Assembly: GCA_030141605.1 (NCBI GenBank)
Contig: JAQGDQ010000001.1
Coordinates: 2,666,001 to 2,730,000 of the forward strand
Direction of reading: 5' to 3'
Length of the DNA stretch: 64,000 nucleotides
Source of the DNA: Tubiluchus corallicola
Taxonomy: Eukaryota; Animalia; Priapulida
Shown here: piece after piece, positions 39,301 through 60,947 of the stretch
Layout of the letters: the number at the start of each line of letters is the position of its first letter
How positions within the stretch are numbered: the first letter of the stretch is position 1
Made by a program: the position numbers and the translations under genes
The notes under the pieces: model-generated
The model's input: only the letters and a program-made list of their open reading frames with translations
Databases searched by the model: none
Told to the model about the DNA's origin: nothing

Positions 39301-40133
39301 ATGACAAGTCGTGGCAGGATGAACTTTTTGCTTTAATTAACGCTCAGACATATAATCATGTTGAAGTAGACTCGTTTGAACTTATGTGTAAGGTGCTTGA
39401 CCATAGTCTTTTCTCTTTGGTGGAATGGGCCAGACGATCCTATTTCTTCAAGGATCTCAAGGTAAGCAAGTTATTAGCTTAAATCTTTAGTAGAGACAGC
39501 ACTCAGAAGTAATTATGCGGCGTTAAACAGTTTAAATAAAATAGTGATGCATGGTGTTGAATAATCAGTCACTTGGTTTAACATGTTTCTAATTGCTATA
39601 CTGGAGTCACACTACAATGAAATCATTGAAACTGATCAGTCCTAACCTTTTAAAATTCCTTGAAAACAAACCAACTATGCTTAAATAAATACCGAATACA
39701 TAATCTTAACATATTCAAGATTATCAATGCTGCAAACTCCATTTAATAATTTTAGAGACAGGTAGAGCAGTCAGAATACCAAACGCTATACCTGAATTCT
39801 GATTTGCTTCGTATGCTGGCTATGGTTTCACCTAAACACCGAGAGCGGAATGAGCCTAACTCATTGCGACTTTGGGCTTTCACCCAATTTTTTTTATTAG
39901 TTTACATTTGTATGTCAGTTTGCATCCCATATTACTTAGTTCAAATCTACGCTCAAATCCCAGCTTTTTCGGGTCTTTAAATTGACGTGGCCACTAAATT
40001 CAAAATAACGCTTAAATTTGATATCAACACTACAGACAATACAGTACTGGCAACTACAGAAAGTTTTCCTTTATAACTTCGCTTTAAAAAATTACCGCCA
40101 TTCCCAAAAATTATTGTTCCTGTGATATAGACC

Positions 40134-40186
<53 letters not shown>

Positions 40187-43100
40187 GGTAACGGCATCTC
40201 TTGATTTAAAACAGTGAATACGCTTATGTATAAGCACTAAAAAAATTAAGGTCATTCCATTCAATTTTTCCAAAGATACAGAAACGTAAAGCAGAATGAA
40301 AAAATAAATACCGGAATATTTTTGTATGTAACTATTGTTAAAATTTACAACAAGTGCTCTACTTGTCGTCCACCATTTCAATACAAACTAGACGAAGGCA
40401 TTGCTTCCAAAAACTGATACAGTTTCTATCTACTTCTAGAGTATTAACGCATCAATCATCAATTTTTGCCTTTAAGTCAGCATCAAACGGCCACATGCAG
40501 GTTTCATACACTTTCCCTTTAGGGAAATTTCAAACACCGTAGTCCAGATGATTGTTCCATTTCTCCACAACGAATTTTTGTCGGTGCTTTAGTTTCTGTG
40601 GCGAAGACCATGGTATAAATTACCTGATTTCTTTATTGTTTTGCTGCCATTTGTTGAGTGCTTTGTACGTCAATTATTGATTGTTGTTATTGATGGCTGT
40701 TACTGATTAGCTGACATTGTTCCGGTATTTAATTTTTTAGCATACAAAATGTTTTCGGCCATAACTTAAAAAGTTATTTAAGTTAATTATTTTAGTTAAG
40801 TTATATTATTAATTAGATTATGATTCTGAATGCAAATTTCTCAGGCAAAAGCTGATGTGTTGATTAAGTGCAATACCACACCGTTGAATTTCAACCTTAT
40901 AGGGCACCTGCTTCTAATGTTATTACACCCTAAATTGCGGCGAATTTTTTCGCCAAGCGATATATGCATTTTAATGAGTCAACTCTACTTTTGTTTTCGA
41001 GTACTTCATGTTTAATAACTTTTCTGCAGAGTGACAGCTAATGTTTTCGAGGTCTAAGTTTTTGAAAGCAGAACGCCTAAATAACATGTTATGTCAGTGT
41101 ATGACCTTGACCTTTAAAAGAACAATGCGTTGTAAATTAGCTGGTAATTAATGTATACATTTCAGTCGCAGAAACCTTGACACATTAAAACTGCCGCCTC
41201 TGGATGCTTATAACAATAAACACTGCCAGCGAAACTGATGCAAATGTGCTTAACTGCGTAACATGACGTTGCGTTCACTGCGCTTGCGCAATTCAAGTTG
41301 ACCATAACGAGCAAGGCCGCACATCGAAAGATTATAATAAAGGAATTAAAAAGACTGTTGCATAAACTCTTAACCCTGACTTAAGTTAGCGAAGTGGACT
41401 ATATTGCTGCAATATACGTTTTTTATTACTGGTAAGGTTCATCCGTTCAACAGAACCGCTATGGCGCTCAGTCACGTTGACTTGACACTTAACCACGCAC
41501 ATATATACACTTACGCTAAACATGCTAGGCTAAACCTGTTAAACAATTTCCGAAGTGGCTAACATAGACATGCCTGCAGCCTGTTATAATACTGCTGCAA
41601 TTGCATAGGAGCAGAGTGAAATTGGGACATGTGAGCACAAGCATCATAAACCTTTGTGTTGACGCTTGATTAAATAAATAACTAAAGAACTTTCCGTCAT
41701 AATTTATTAATGCATGTAATCATTGCTTGGAATTATAATAGTAAGAAAAATCAGAAACTAAACTCCAGAAAATCATTGCTACGCTCCATCCTGCAATAAT
41801 CCTAAAATAAATTACTTAAATTCGTGTTTGCGACCAGATTAACACTTAGTTAAGTACGCTTTTTCAATTTAAGCTGCTGGTATAAGCTGGTTAATTGCTG
41901 GTATAGGCATTTAACTTTCCTTAGTACTTTCGTGACTATATCAATTTTGAGACAAAGAGAGACGAGGACCAAAGGGTCTTTTTTCGTCCCCTTAACACTT
42001 TACGAATTGGATCACTTGCACCACTGTTCACGCACAACACGACAAGCACATGTGGCTTTTCTTACAAGAAGAAGAAGTCTGAAATATGTATTAATTTTTG
42101 CGTTTAATGTAAACGGGTTAAAGGAAATTTGTAAATTTACCATCATTAACGTATGAAGGATAACAAATGTCCGGTATTATCGTACGATATAAACAGGTCA
42201 CTTGCCTGTCCTCATCCCGCGTGAGATTTTGTTTTGTTTTTTGGTTGTTCTAATACGGCTGTTCTCCTGTTATCATTGCTGTGAAAACTTTTGAGCCAAA
42301 CCAAAACTACAGAATCCTGCAAACGTCAACACTCAAATTGCTTTTAGTTGAAATCATGAGTCTCACTGTGTGGTGTAAACAGAGTGAAGGTGCGCGGCTA
42401 ACATTACAACTGTTGTAGGAACCGACTCAAGTATAATACGTTGCTAGGGTATTACTGTAAACATTTCGAAGCAAGTCTAAGCTTATGCGTTTTGAACAAA
42501 TTATTATTATTATTATTGTTGTTGTTGTTGTTGTTGTTTTTGTTGTTGTTGTTGTTGTTGTTGTTGTCATTGTTATTATTATTATTATTAAATATATATG
42601 TGTATATGCTCGCGACATAATAAAATCGTTAGTTAGTCTCCCTTGTAAGCACAACTAACAACAAATATTTGTGTTGACACTTGACTAAAAATTAATGAAT
42701 CTTAATATAAGTTAATGTAATAACTGCTTACATTACGAGCAGTGTAAGGTCCTATAATTAAGCTCAATTTGACAAATAACTTCATAGATTATAATCGAAC
42801 TTTGAATTTGACACGGTATGCTGCTGGCTACTAATTAAGATAGTTCGGCGTGCATGTGATCACTGTGATGTGATCAATAATGTTTGGACTGGTTACTGGT
42901 TTCTAATCGAGGATTAGTAATGTAAAAGTGATAGGACATTGCCCCCTGGTGTGAAAACCCTGAGACTTGTGGAATTATACAAGATAAAATTTATTGCTAA
43001 TATTTTTTGCATATTTGACAATTATTCTTTGCGTGTATCAACTACCTGTCTGTTGTTAATTACAAAAGACAGTCTTGTATAATAATTGCCTATTTGTCTG

Positions 43101-43389
43101 TCTGTTCAATCAAGTATTCATCGATATAGGAGTCGGTTAGTGTTTTTTTTTTATTTTAATTACCTTCTGGAACTTTCTCGTTAACGCTATATAAATCTTG
43201 TTTCTCAAGCATTCCGCCCCCAAAATTTGAAGTTAATTTTTTTCAATGAGGAATTGTAGTGGGTTCTTGTTATTTGAGTTCAGCCTAATTGTATGTGATG
43301 AGCCATGAACATAGCAAAATACAATATTGTAGCCCTAAAAGCTGCACTTTGTAGGGATGTTCGATAAAGGCTTATAAGACCAGTTAATG

Positions 43390-43448
<59 letters not shown>

Positions 43449-45859
43449 ATGCCATAGTTTTTGCCATTGAAAAGTAACGCGCCATTTGATGGCAAAGCCT
43501 GCTTTGTCATTAAATTCTCAGTATTTACTGAATGAGTAATTTGATCTGCAAACATTTGGCTTACTGCAATGCGAATGCCGTATATTTATAGCATGGTCTA
43601 TTTCCTTTATAGTATTCGAAATGACAATACTTACCGTGCTCAGTAATCATAACCATTATTTTCCACCCATCATCAGTATAAATTCCGCGGAATTTGTAAT
43701 ATTAATTTAATGATAATTATGTTTTATCTATTTCAAAATTTAACGATCATAATCATTTCAATAAGTATTAGAAATGCCAAAGCATGTCGATGCGAGCGAT
43801 ATGGGCTTTTAAGCAATAATAATAATGCTTAAAATATGCCACTAGTCCACTTTTAAAAAGCTGAAAACACATTTGCAGTTAATCAGGCAGTTACTATCTG
43901 TAACAATAATGAAAAACCCGCTGGACTGCTTTAATGTAAAAAATAAACTAAAGCGGCTAGCACTGTTTTGTTGTTGGCTTATACTGAAAAATGTTCTCTA
44001 ACTATACTAGCATTACGATAATAACCTCACATACATTAAAATGTAGGTCATTTTCCGCAGCACTGCACGCAGACCGCATTTGAAATTCATTGTCAGGGTT
44101 TTGAAGGCCAAGTTTTTCTAGGGCTTACGTACCTTAAGCTCATGAATGTTCTCATGGTTCAACGAGAATATTGCTCATTGCTAGTAATAAAGTGTTTAGA
44201 GCAGCCATTTTTACAACAAAATTCGTAATTATTAATCATCAGAGACTATGAAAGATTAATCATAACCTTATATATATATATATGGGTCTGCACCTCTATA
44301 TTGGGTGCCCTGTTTCTAGTTGATCTTTCTACTATTCTACCGCTGACTTTTCCCGGTCTTTTTTTTTACTTTCGTCTTTCTTTATATTCACGTGTGGTTA
44401 ATGACACGACTTTAAAATTCAACAGCGGGTATAACAAACCGTATTTCTCCTCCGACTTAATGAAGTTTTAGACACGTTGTTCTGCTTTTTGGAATTTTGT
44501 TTTTATTCTAGGTTGATGACCAGATGAAGCTTTTACAGCTCTCATGGTCTGAAATGTTAATGCTAGATCACATATACCATCACGTCGTTGGAGGTCTGCC
44601 ACACGAAACAATGCTGCCCAATGGCCAGAAGTTCAGTCTGATAACAATGGCATTGTTTGGCTTCTCAAACATGATCGACAAACTGACAGAATTAATGAAC
44701 GCTTTACGGCATTTGAAGTTCGATCGAAACGACTACATTTGCCTCAAATTTCTCATCATTTTAAATCCGGGTAAGTTATCGTGTAATGCTTTAATACTCT
44801 GTTACTTTTGATGATTTACAGAACAAACTTCGTCTGCAGGCAAACTGCTATAAAAAGAAAAAAACGTTTCAATGGGCTTGAAATGACTTTATCTTGCTAT
44901 CGCAATTAAAACGTAATTAAACATTTTCATGTTTACTCGCATAAATTTTTAGTTTCGTTACAGAAAGGCTGTATTGCTGTGTGCAGGCCTGTATGTGGTC
45001 TGATCCGACCGAAACCTGGTTTTTCTTTCGACAAAAAATAAAAACCCCTTTCAGTACATTCTAATGACTGTTTGGTGTTGAAAAGGTTCATAGCAAAAAA
45101 AAGTATTAAATGACAGTAGGGTACAAAATAATATAGCTTTTATTTGAGATTTATATTTGCTCAGCGCTATTGATTTGCCTTTTATAACACAACGTTCCAT
45201 GTACTAGTATTACCGGCCATGGTCTTCTTGCCTCATTTTCTCTCATACAATCGTGTACAATTGATATTGGTAATATAAGCCCATCTTTTAAGTTCTGTGT
45301 TATGGCCCCGTATTATGATTACTAGCACGGATCATCAGGTTTTGCGTAGAGTTTGGGTCACTAGGCACTTACTATTAATCCAATACGTTGCGATGGTCGC
45401 CTGAGAAAGCCAAGGAAGTAAAACTGGCTTTGCCGCAGCAAAGACTGTTCTCAGAAATGTGAGCCACAAAAATAATATTGCCACAGCAGAAAAGTGTTAT
45501 GTAGCCAAGAATTTGCGCAAAGAAATTGGCAAAAATGAACTCTGTGCGCATGTTATATCTGGTAAATGTGATATATCATGTAGCTTTATAATTTTTGCTG
45601 TTTCTTAGACGTGCGAGGTTTGCAGAACAACGGTTTAGTTGAAGACGCCCAGGAGCAGGTCAACTGTGCTCTTCTCGAGTATTGTAATACTTTCTTCCCG
45701 GATATCGAGGATCGATTTGGGCAACTTCTCCTCCGACTTCCAGAACTTCGACTGATCAGCATCCGAGGTGAAGAATTTTTGCATTTTAAGCATCTCAGTG
45801 GGAATTTACCAACACAGACTCTATTGATGGAAATGCTTCATGCTAAACGACGCTTATGA
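36350..45859 (+). CDS. ftz-f1: Nuclear receptor FTZ-F1 (NR5A), ~551 aa. Exons: 36350-36920, 38887-39461, 44512-44770, 45609-45859
   Basis: C4 zinc-finger DBD with the NR5A P-box (CESCKG) and the FTZ-F1 box across intron 1 (KLE|[25 protein letters not shown]). LBD motifs WARRS.FFKDLK|[30 protein letters not shown]|[13 protein letters not shown] and AF-2 [11 protein letters not shown]. All splice sites are GT-AG and in phase. Confidence 0.96.
40137..40182. repeat. (TA)n microsatellite
   Basis: Direct reading. Confidence 0.95.
41102..41113 (-). promoter_or_regulatory. AGGTCAAGGTCA direct repeat (DR0) containing the NR5A site TCAAGGTCA, in ftz-f1 intron 2
   Basis: Plus strand tgaccttgacct; an exact match to the GCNF/NR6A DR0 and FTZ-F1 consensus. 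Function is inferred only. Confidence 0.45.
42500..42590. repeat. (ATT)n(GTT)n(ATT)n compound repeat
   Basis: Direct reading. Confidence 0.9.
43394..43443. repeat. (TA)n microsatellite
   Basis: Direct reading. Confidence 0.95.
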
Positions 45860-48039
45860 AATTGATTAATAGCTTTATTTTCAAAGGAAACTTCGAACAG
45901 TAATTTGTTTCTGTAAAGCCTATAGTGTTTTGTTATACTTATTTAGCTAGGCATAACGCCGCAATGAAAAATTACTAAGGTACACTATCTTGCTAACTAC
46001 AAGCCTAAAACGCTTTCCACCATGAAACGTCATTAACTGCATTTTAGCGTGATGTCTTATCAAATCTTAAAACAACTGACGGAGCGCAAGGAAAAGCAAA
46101 AGGGTCGACTCGTAAGTAAAATGGCTGGTGTGTGTTCTTGTAGTTATCTGTGTTCATTTTCAATAGTTTTAATTAAAGATCTCAATACCATCCATTGCTA
46201 CTTCTAATTTAGTGATATTAGTAAAACAAATTATATAAATATTCTTTCTCATAGATGTCAGCACAGCACTGTAAATGACTGCTTCATAGTCCATGCACTA
46301 GTTTAATGGTCCATATTACTTAATACACTTGATATCCACCCAGCCACAATCATTTCCATACTACTGCAGGCTTATGAACTCATTAATCAGTGCATTTAAA
46401 ACTTTATCCTTTTGTTTCGTACATATAGCCATAGTCACAAAGAACTATAATATCGATTTCAACATTCTAATTTATCATATACTCATATTACAGTGTTTGA
46501 AACACTAAATTTAGTTCCAAGTTTATAAACCAGTTTTAAAGGTTATTCACCGCTTTTTTATTTCTTTTTTACGACATTTTTAGATTGTTTGTATGTAAGT
46601 TTGTACACTTATATATTAATTAAGCAGCTGGGGTCAGCTGTAAAGTTTACTAATTTTTTGTTTGTCTTATAATAAATTTAACAGATGTTTGTCTTATAAT
46701 AAATTTAACAGATGAAGGGTAGATAAAGTAGTTGCAATTGGTCATATATGTTTCCCTTTTATCAATTGGTACTTATGAAAAACGAAATTTCCGAATATTC
46801 ATCGAAGTTTGGTTATAAGGCTAATTTTGGTTATAACTACTGAAATATTAAATTTCAATAATGACGTTTAAAGTGACCGTAATATATATTTCAATTCCGT
46901 TGCTAAGTTCCAAAATAAGAATTGAAATAGGGTGCACATACCTATATACTCTTTTTGTGCACTCGCATTAGTACACAGCGCAAGCCAGTAATTGCACTCA
47001 AATATGTACGAGTTGAAATCTATCCCATTCAGGTCGAATAGCAGATTGATTACGCTTAATAGGCTAATTAACTGAACTCGAAATATCCAATCACAACTTA
47101 CACTGAACTTTAAGTTTTGACGTAACCTGTTATTAATACAACAGCTGCTGGTACTATTAAATTCTGTGCAACAGTCGGGAGCGGCAGTATTAAATCTTTC
47201 TTATATGGGGTTCATACAAACTGTCAGGCGAACCTGTCCGCAGTTTTTAAATTTTGCATATGCAGTTTTGTACGTGAATAGATAAGCGATGCTATCTTCA
47301 CGATGATTTTTTCTTTGCTGTTTGTTTTTTAGTATGTTCATGTTAATGCTTAGAAGCTTTGTAAATAACTCATAATTTTTTCGTCTTGTAAATAGTACAA
47401 ACTGATAAATGTTGTACCTGTAATTGTAATTATTATTCAAACTACATATTCTTAAATTAGTATATTTTTACAGAAAAATTTCTATTTTTATTTGTACTTA
47501 ATAACAAATTGTACAAATTTTGTAATTACTACAATTATAACTTTACGTATTTCGTATTTATTGTACATTAATATTATTTTCTTGCATTTATATTGTTTTA
47601 TCAATTATTAGGATTCTAGCTGCATAATTTCTACATAGTTTGGTAACTTTATATAGATTTTATTTTCTAAAATGTAAGGCTGGGCATGTCTTACGTACAT
47701 ATGTCTACGTAAACGCAATAAGCATAGTATACAAGAAGTTGCAAATTACGCAAATGCACAGTTTTATGCACGTTCTTAGTGTGATAAGTTCATAAAGGTA
47801 TCTAATGAAGAAATGGTCCGATATGTAAGTTATATATTTCCATTTTACTTGTTTACTATTTCACAAGTGTGGATTCTTATTTTTACTCTTTCGTACAGTG
47901 TAGTGTAGTGCTTCTGTTATTTATCAATATCTGGAATTGAAAAGGGGGTATTCGATGCAATTACTTTGCAGCACGCTGTGTGTGTTCTTTTTTCCTTGAG
48001 ATTGGCTAAACGCTACTGCGCCATTCTATCGTAGAGGCC

Positions 48040-48185
48040 TATTACGCATTCAAAAGTGTAAAACCGTAGACACACAAACGCACGAAAGGAATATTAAATT
48101 AGAAAGTTTTGAAAAATTTTGTATTCCCTCCAGGATTCGAGAGCAAGATCTTCTGTTTTCGAGGCGGCTTTGCTAGCCACGATTA
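48040..48185 (-). mobile_element. Possible tRNA-derived SINE remnant
   Basis: The minus strand has an A-box-like GTGGCTAGC and a B-box-like TCGAATCC about 40 nt apart; it does not form a full cloverleaf. Confidence 0.35.
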
Positions 48186-49559
48186 AAACAGATTAAAGGA
48201 TGTAAAAATTATAGTCAAATTAAAATAGCATCAGGTAACGCTTTTTCAAAATTTCAAACTTATCACGTGTTACTGGTATTACCACACTGTGTAGAACTGC
48301 AAGTGAGTAGTAGGTATAAACAATCACAGTATACTTGTTTTGAGGTTAGCAGAGTAGAACTTATTAAAAGTAAAATAAGCTAGTGAACTTAGACAGAATA
48401 GTATTGCTTCTGTAAAATATCAAGGAATTGGTGTTGTAACTTGTGTCACAGATATTAAAGGTTTTGAGAGACATTTTTAAAGTCGTACATTCAACCAGAT
48501 TCAGAAAACGAAATGTTTTACTTCCTGTAAAAAGTTATCTGTTTCTTGCGCAATTATGATTCAATGCCTAATAAATGCTGGGTTTTTCTTACTGTCTTCC
48601 ATGCGCATTAAGTTTGCAGTTACAACTTTTTTGTGTGATATCTTTTCGGTTGCTTAATTTTAACTAATATTTCTTAAAAAGTTTACAACAAACTATAACA
48701 TACGTTGCAACATGTATCCAAAAATTCCGGCGACAATAATACAGTAGACTATTCTACAATTATCATCAAAAAGTGACATGACATAATAGAGTCAGAATAC
48801 CTTGAATTTTAAGCATTTTATTTAAAACCTTATGTGCATCAACTCGTCAAAGACTTTCAAATAAACAATATGACCTGTACAGTCATAAACAAATATAAAT
48901 TTTAACCGTGATAATTTCCTTTAATTATTAATTTTTCCGAGGCATTTAGCTTGAACCATCTTTTATTAAACATAACGTTTCGAAACATCAAATCTCTTTA
49001 CAGACAAATTGCAAGATCATTTAAAAATAAATTAATTTTTACACTGTATTAATACGAGTTAATTGTTTAAAAACACTGCTAAGAGAGCTTAAAATTTCTA
49101 AAAATTACAAAAAATTACAATGGTGCTAGAGTAAGGCATGAACTAAATATTTGAAATTAATTTTTCTTGTCAAACTGGGATGTAAAATGTTTTGAAACAT
49201 TACCTAATTACTATGATGTTTGCACAAACCATTTATAGAAAATTGGCCCACATGTGTAAAATTTGACAGTACGTAGCTAACATACCAAAATAAACAAGAT
49301 ATATAATTATTTACAGTTCTTCGGGACCGGTCTAGATATTTCTATCAAACAATTAACAAAATTTTACTTAACTTTGCATAATAAAGTTCCATATGTAACT
49401 TTAACGGCATTAGCGGCGAACTAGAAGAACTATAACTTTAAGTCCTGTCTTGTAATTTATTAATTCAGTTGGTCATGTGTGCAGAAGTCTCGGAAACAGA
49501 ACAAAATTTAAGCAGAGGGAAGAAATCTATTACATTTTTTACGTATGATTTGGCAGTCT

Positions 49560-49840
49560 AAAATCCGGGTTCTAGCACTCAACATCATTTATCTCTGGTG
49601 AGAGTAAACCCTAACTCATTAACAAGTGTAACCTGCTAAGTCTAAAATGAAACACTGATCCCTGAGCGGTATCTAGCCACGTTTGGATACATCATCGCTA
49701 ATCGCGTTAATTAGTCGGCGGTAGTACGGCGCAGAAATCGCTCAGAAGCAGTTTTCCCAGCGACACCTGCCGATTTACTGACCAAGTACGGCTTTGTTTA
49801 AAGCTAGTCGCTAAGCGCACACTATAACCACTCAGCTAGT
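49560..49840 (-). mobile_element. Possible SINE remnant
   Basis: The minus strand begins TAGCTGAGTGGTTA (Pol III A box) followed by a locally GC-richer body; B box not evident. Confidence 0.3.
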
Positions 49841-50171
49841 CTCTCAACTTCTCTTAACTAAAGATTCAGAAATAAAAAGTTGATATTGGTAAGTTGCAGG
49901 TGAATACAATATAAAAGATTAACTAATAAGCATCTGTGCATACGATTCGCTAGACAACTGAACTTAGAAGTTTATTAAAAAATAAAACTCAGACTATCGT
50001 TTGTACTGGACAAACTCGTACGGATATAATAGGACTAATGCAAAATTTAAAACACTGGTAAATTTCTAGCTAATATAAAATACTTACTGTTAGAACTGCA
50101 CAACACAAAATTCACAAACAACGTTTAATAACAAAGCAGCTGTGAAAACCGTACAAAGAAGAATTTGTGTA

Positions 50172-57308
<7,137 letters not shown>

Positions 57309-57871
57309 TTGCGGTCATTTAACATCAGATTACGCAATTCGTCGATTTACTAAATCAGTCAGTACTGTCACATCACATTCAGCGTTGTGACTGTTAACAC
57401 TTGTTTGTCAACCTACTCATATCTTTCAGTAGACATGTACATTAGATTCAAAAATCATTATTTATTTCGATTAATAAACGTTCATGACCTTTAAAAATGA
57501 CGACGAAAACTACACTCACTCTCAAGTATTCTTAACAATAATTTACATACACTTATCGTGAAGTGCACTTCTCAGCCTCAAGATGCACTGTTATCAGTTT
57601 GTAGTATGAATTACACAATACATGGAGCGAAGCGTGTGAATCAGGGTGCGATAAATGCCACGGTCATAACCAATCAGCAAAGGAAATTAATAATTACTAT
57701 CAGATTTTAAATATTTAATAACTTGGATAGGGTGTTGGGTCGTACACCTTTAACGGCGTGCGCGAATATGCTCATTAATAATTTAGTTCTCAGCGGTTAC
57801 ATACGTTAAAGGTGTAACTTATCATGGCTGCTATTAGAACTATTGACCTAACTTCTTTCACCGTTGCAGTT

Positions 57872-57885
57872 GTTACCATAGCAGC
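57872..57885. promoter_or_regulatory. RFX X-box-like motif upstream of the minus-strand gene
   Basis: GTTACCATAGCAGC versus consensus GTNRCC-N0-3-RGYAAC (1 mismatch), ~565 bp upstream of the predicted ATG; CCAAT at ~57670 and forkhead-type GTAAACAA at ~58177. Confidence 0.4.
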
Positions 57886-57893
57886 TGTATAAC

Positions 57894-58166
<273 letters not shown>

Positions 58167-59522
58167 ACCAAACCAAGTAAACAACACTAGATCTGGCCAG
58201 TAAACTGAAGGGTAGCTACTGAAAAAACAATGGCTATGTTGAAATAAGAATGTTGCAAATATCAACTACGATTGCAATTGTGAATAGAAAATAATAATAC
58301 ATTAATCTTCATATAATATATTATTGAAGCAACTCCAAATAAATTCAAAAGTCATTAATAACGTGAGATTCAGTATTAATTAAAGAAGTATCCAATGCAA
58401 GACTTTAGGTGCAAATTTTCGACCAAACTCATCCCTAGGCGAAGAATAAGAAATAGTAAAGTTCAGAAACCTCAACAAACACAGAATAATTGCTACGGTA
58501 TTGCTTATTAAGTTACACAATTTTTTTAAAAGCACGCCCACAGAAAACTAGCTCACATTTTTATGAAGTAAAAAAGGTGGGTCAATGCAAGCCTGTTACG
58601 TTGACATCAGTATATCACCGTGTAAATTAAACATTGCCATTAATATAAATATAAGTGTTGCTACGTCAAATTTTACCTGCGCATCATGCCATTACATGCC
58701 TGATATCGCCTAGAGGGTATAATTGTAAAGTCACATACTAGGTCAACTGTTATACATTACCTGTCAGGTGCTGTCCCTAGTCGCAATATTAGCCCACATG
58801 CAGGTGATTTTTCAATTTCTGTTGCCAGCCGAGTTGGTGTGCACACGCTTGTCACTGCGAACTTTGAAGAATTAATAACTATGGATGGAGGATATAATGG
58901 ATACATTTAAATTCAGAAAAAGGTACGCTATGTCAGTGCATACAAATTTAATAAGTATGATTTAATGCACTAGCGTATTGTTAAATTATCAGCTATTTTT
59001 GTCTAGTTTGATAATGACGTCGTAATTTCCTAAGTGAGATTTTGTTAGTTAAATTGCCTCATGTATAATAGTGAAAGGTAGTGAGTTAAGTGTAAAGTGT
59101 CAGTCAAAATGTAATGTAAAATAAGTGGCAAAAACACAAAAATGGGTTTGACAAAAATCAAAAACCGGTTAAAAACAGGAATGCATTGCTACTTATATTA
59201 CAACTACATGTTATAGTGTTACAAGTTCTCGATGGCCTCCATATATTTAGATACTCTTTCAAGTATACATTGAAGAGCCAATTGTGAGGAATCAACATGT
59301 TGTTTAATGAGTACAGACATCGTTTCAGTATAAATACCACTTTCAATACTGAAAATTAAGCCAAAAGATAATCTATGATCTATAAGATAATCAAAACACC
59401 AAAATTACCAGGACAGAAAAGAAATTAAAACACAACAGAATGAAAAAGTAACCAAGAGCAGTAAAAATAACACTTGAGCAGAGAGATTCTTTTAAAAATG
59501 TGAAAAATTACTTTCTGAATCA

Positions 59523-59735
59523 GATTCAGGCAAAAAATTATAGCAAACAGTCACTATAAAAACAAAATTCACACAATGAGAGAAAAACTACTGTGCTATA
59601 ATGCAGTTGCAAAAGCTGCAATCATTGCGTAGATTTTCAGTTTTATATTTAGTACAGTATAGTGTCTTTTCTCATTATTTAGATTTTGTTTGTAATAGTG
59701 AGTGTTTGCTGTGTTTATAATTTCTGCTTGAATTT
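59523..59735. repeat. Diverged fold-back inverted repeat (~80 bp arms), MITE-like
   Basis: 59523-59598 aligns with the reverse complement of 59651-59735. Confidence 0.6.
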
Positions 59736-60947
59736 CATGTAAAAAAATTCACGCAAATAAAGTTCATGGGAAGAAAATTATTGTAAAAGTGCTTCATAAC
59801 GTAAGATGTAATTTTTGTAGAAAACCTGAGCACCAAGATAGTATATGCAACAAAAAATTGCAAAAGTATACTTTATTGCAGTATGTTATCACTTTCTTGT
59901 TATGAACGTACAAAGGGCAAGAAAATAGAGTCACAGAATTAAACATAAATAATTTAACATCGTTTCACTGTAAAATTAAATCAATGTTCTGTCTATATGA
60001 GGCTCCTATTTATAAACTCAAACCCATTTTTACAGTAATGCTACTATACTATTTTAAGAAATTTGAGGCCTGGGGCAATTACGTTGATAATATGTTTACA
60101 CATTACCATTACTTATTTCATTACAATTTAAACTTATAGATGATGTATTAAGAGGCCTATGCCATTAAATTTATGGAAATCAATATGTTTTTTTGCCAAT
60201 GATGCATACAAGCATAGTGAGTTCACTTTCTGAAGCATAAAAATGAATGAAAAGTATATGCTTTACATATACATGTATCATAACCCAAGTTAGTGCAAGA
60301 AACATAAATTCAGCTGTTCATATGAAAGGTATGTGCATTTTTTCTTGTGGGTAATAAAAACCAGTTTCATGACCTCTGGCTGTACGGTAGTCAAGTCCAC
60401 ATTACAACACCAGGTCTGTAGGAAATTGATGGGACTTCGTATGTAGATTATTCTCAAGGACAGGGACGGGACGGACATTAAAACCCTTCAGTTGTGTCAA
60501 ACCCGTAGGGGAAAAACCAAGGCGACACAGGGACAGAATGCCACGCAGGGGCTTTATTGAGCCCAACATGTTTCTGGTACTTGTGAACTCTGTCGCAGAT
60601 CTTAGTAAAACACAATTTTCAGAGAGACATTCTGAAGATGACTGGCATCACAAAGTGATCAAGCAAAGGTATAAGTTTTTATTTTTAGACATATGCATGG
60701 GAGGTTTGTAAGAATATAAGGACATCAGTGGCTGGAGTAAACAATAGGCCTCTACGCCAAACCTTTTGCGAATGCTTTCAGTTGCTTAAGGAGTTATAAC
60801 TTTGCATTGGCAACAGATTGGTTTTAGGTGCAAAACGTTAATTCATTTTTGCAAAGTATGTATGTATGCATTTATTTCTTGCATGTACTGTATTTGTCGC
60901 AAGGATATCAGAGAACAAAAATTTTAGCAAACAATTTATAAATTAAG

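Noticed and set aside
58579-58592. EcRE-like GGGTCAATGCAAG
   Set aside because: The second half-site is poor and it is far from ftz-f1; no canonical IR1 EcRE was noticed near the gene.
60290-60560. Possible further upstream coding exon of the minus-strand gene
   Set aside because: No frame gives a recognisable motif with compatible splice sites, and an in-frame stop precedes the ATG at 57308.
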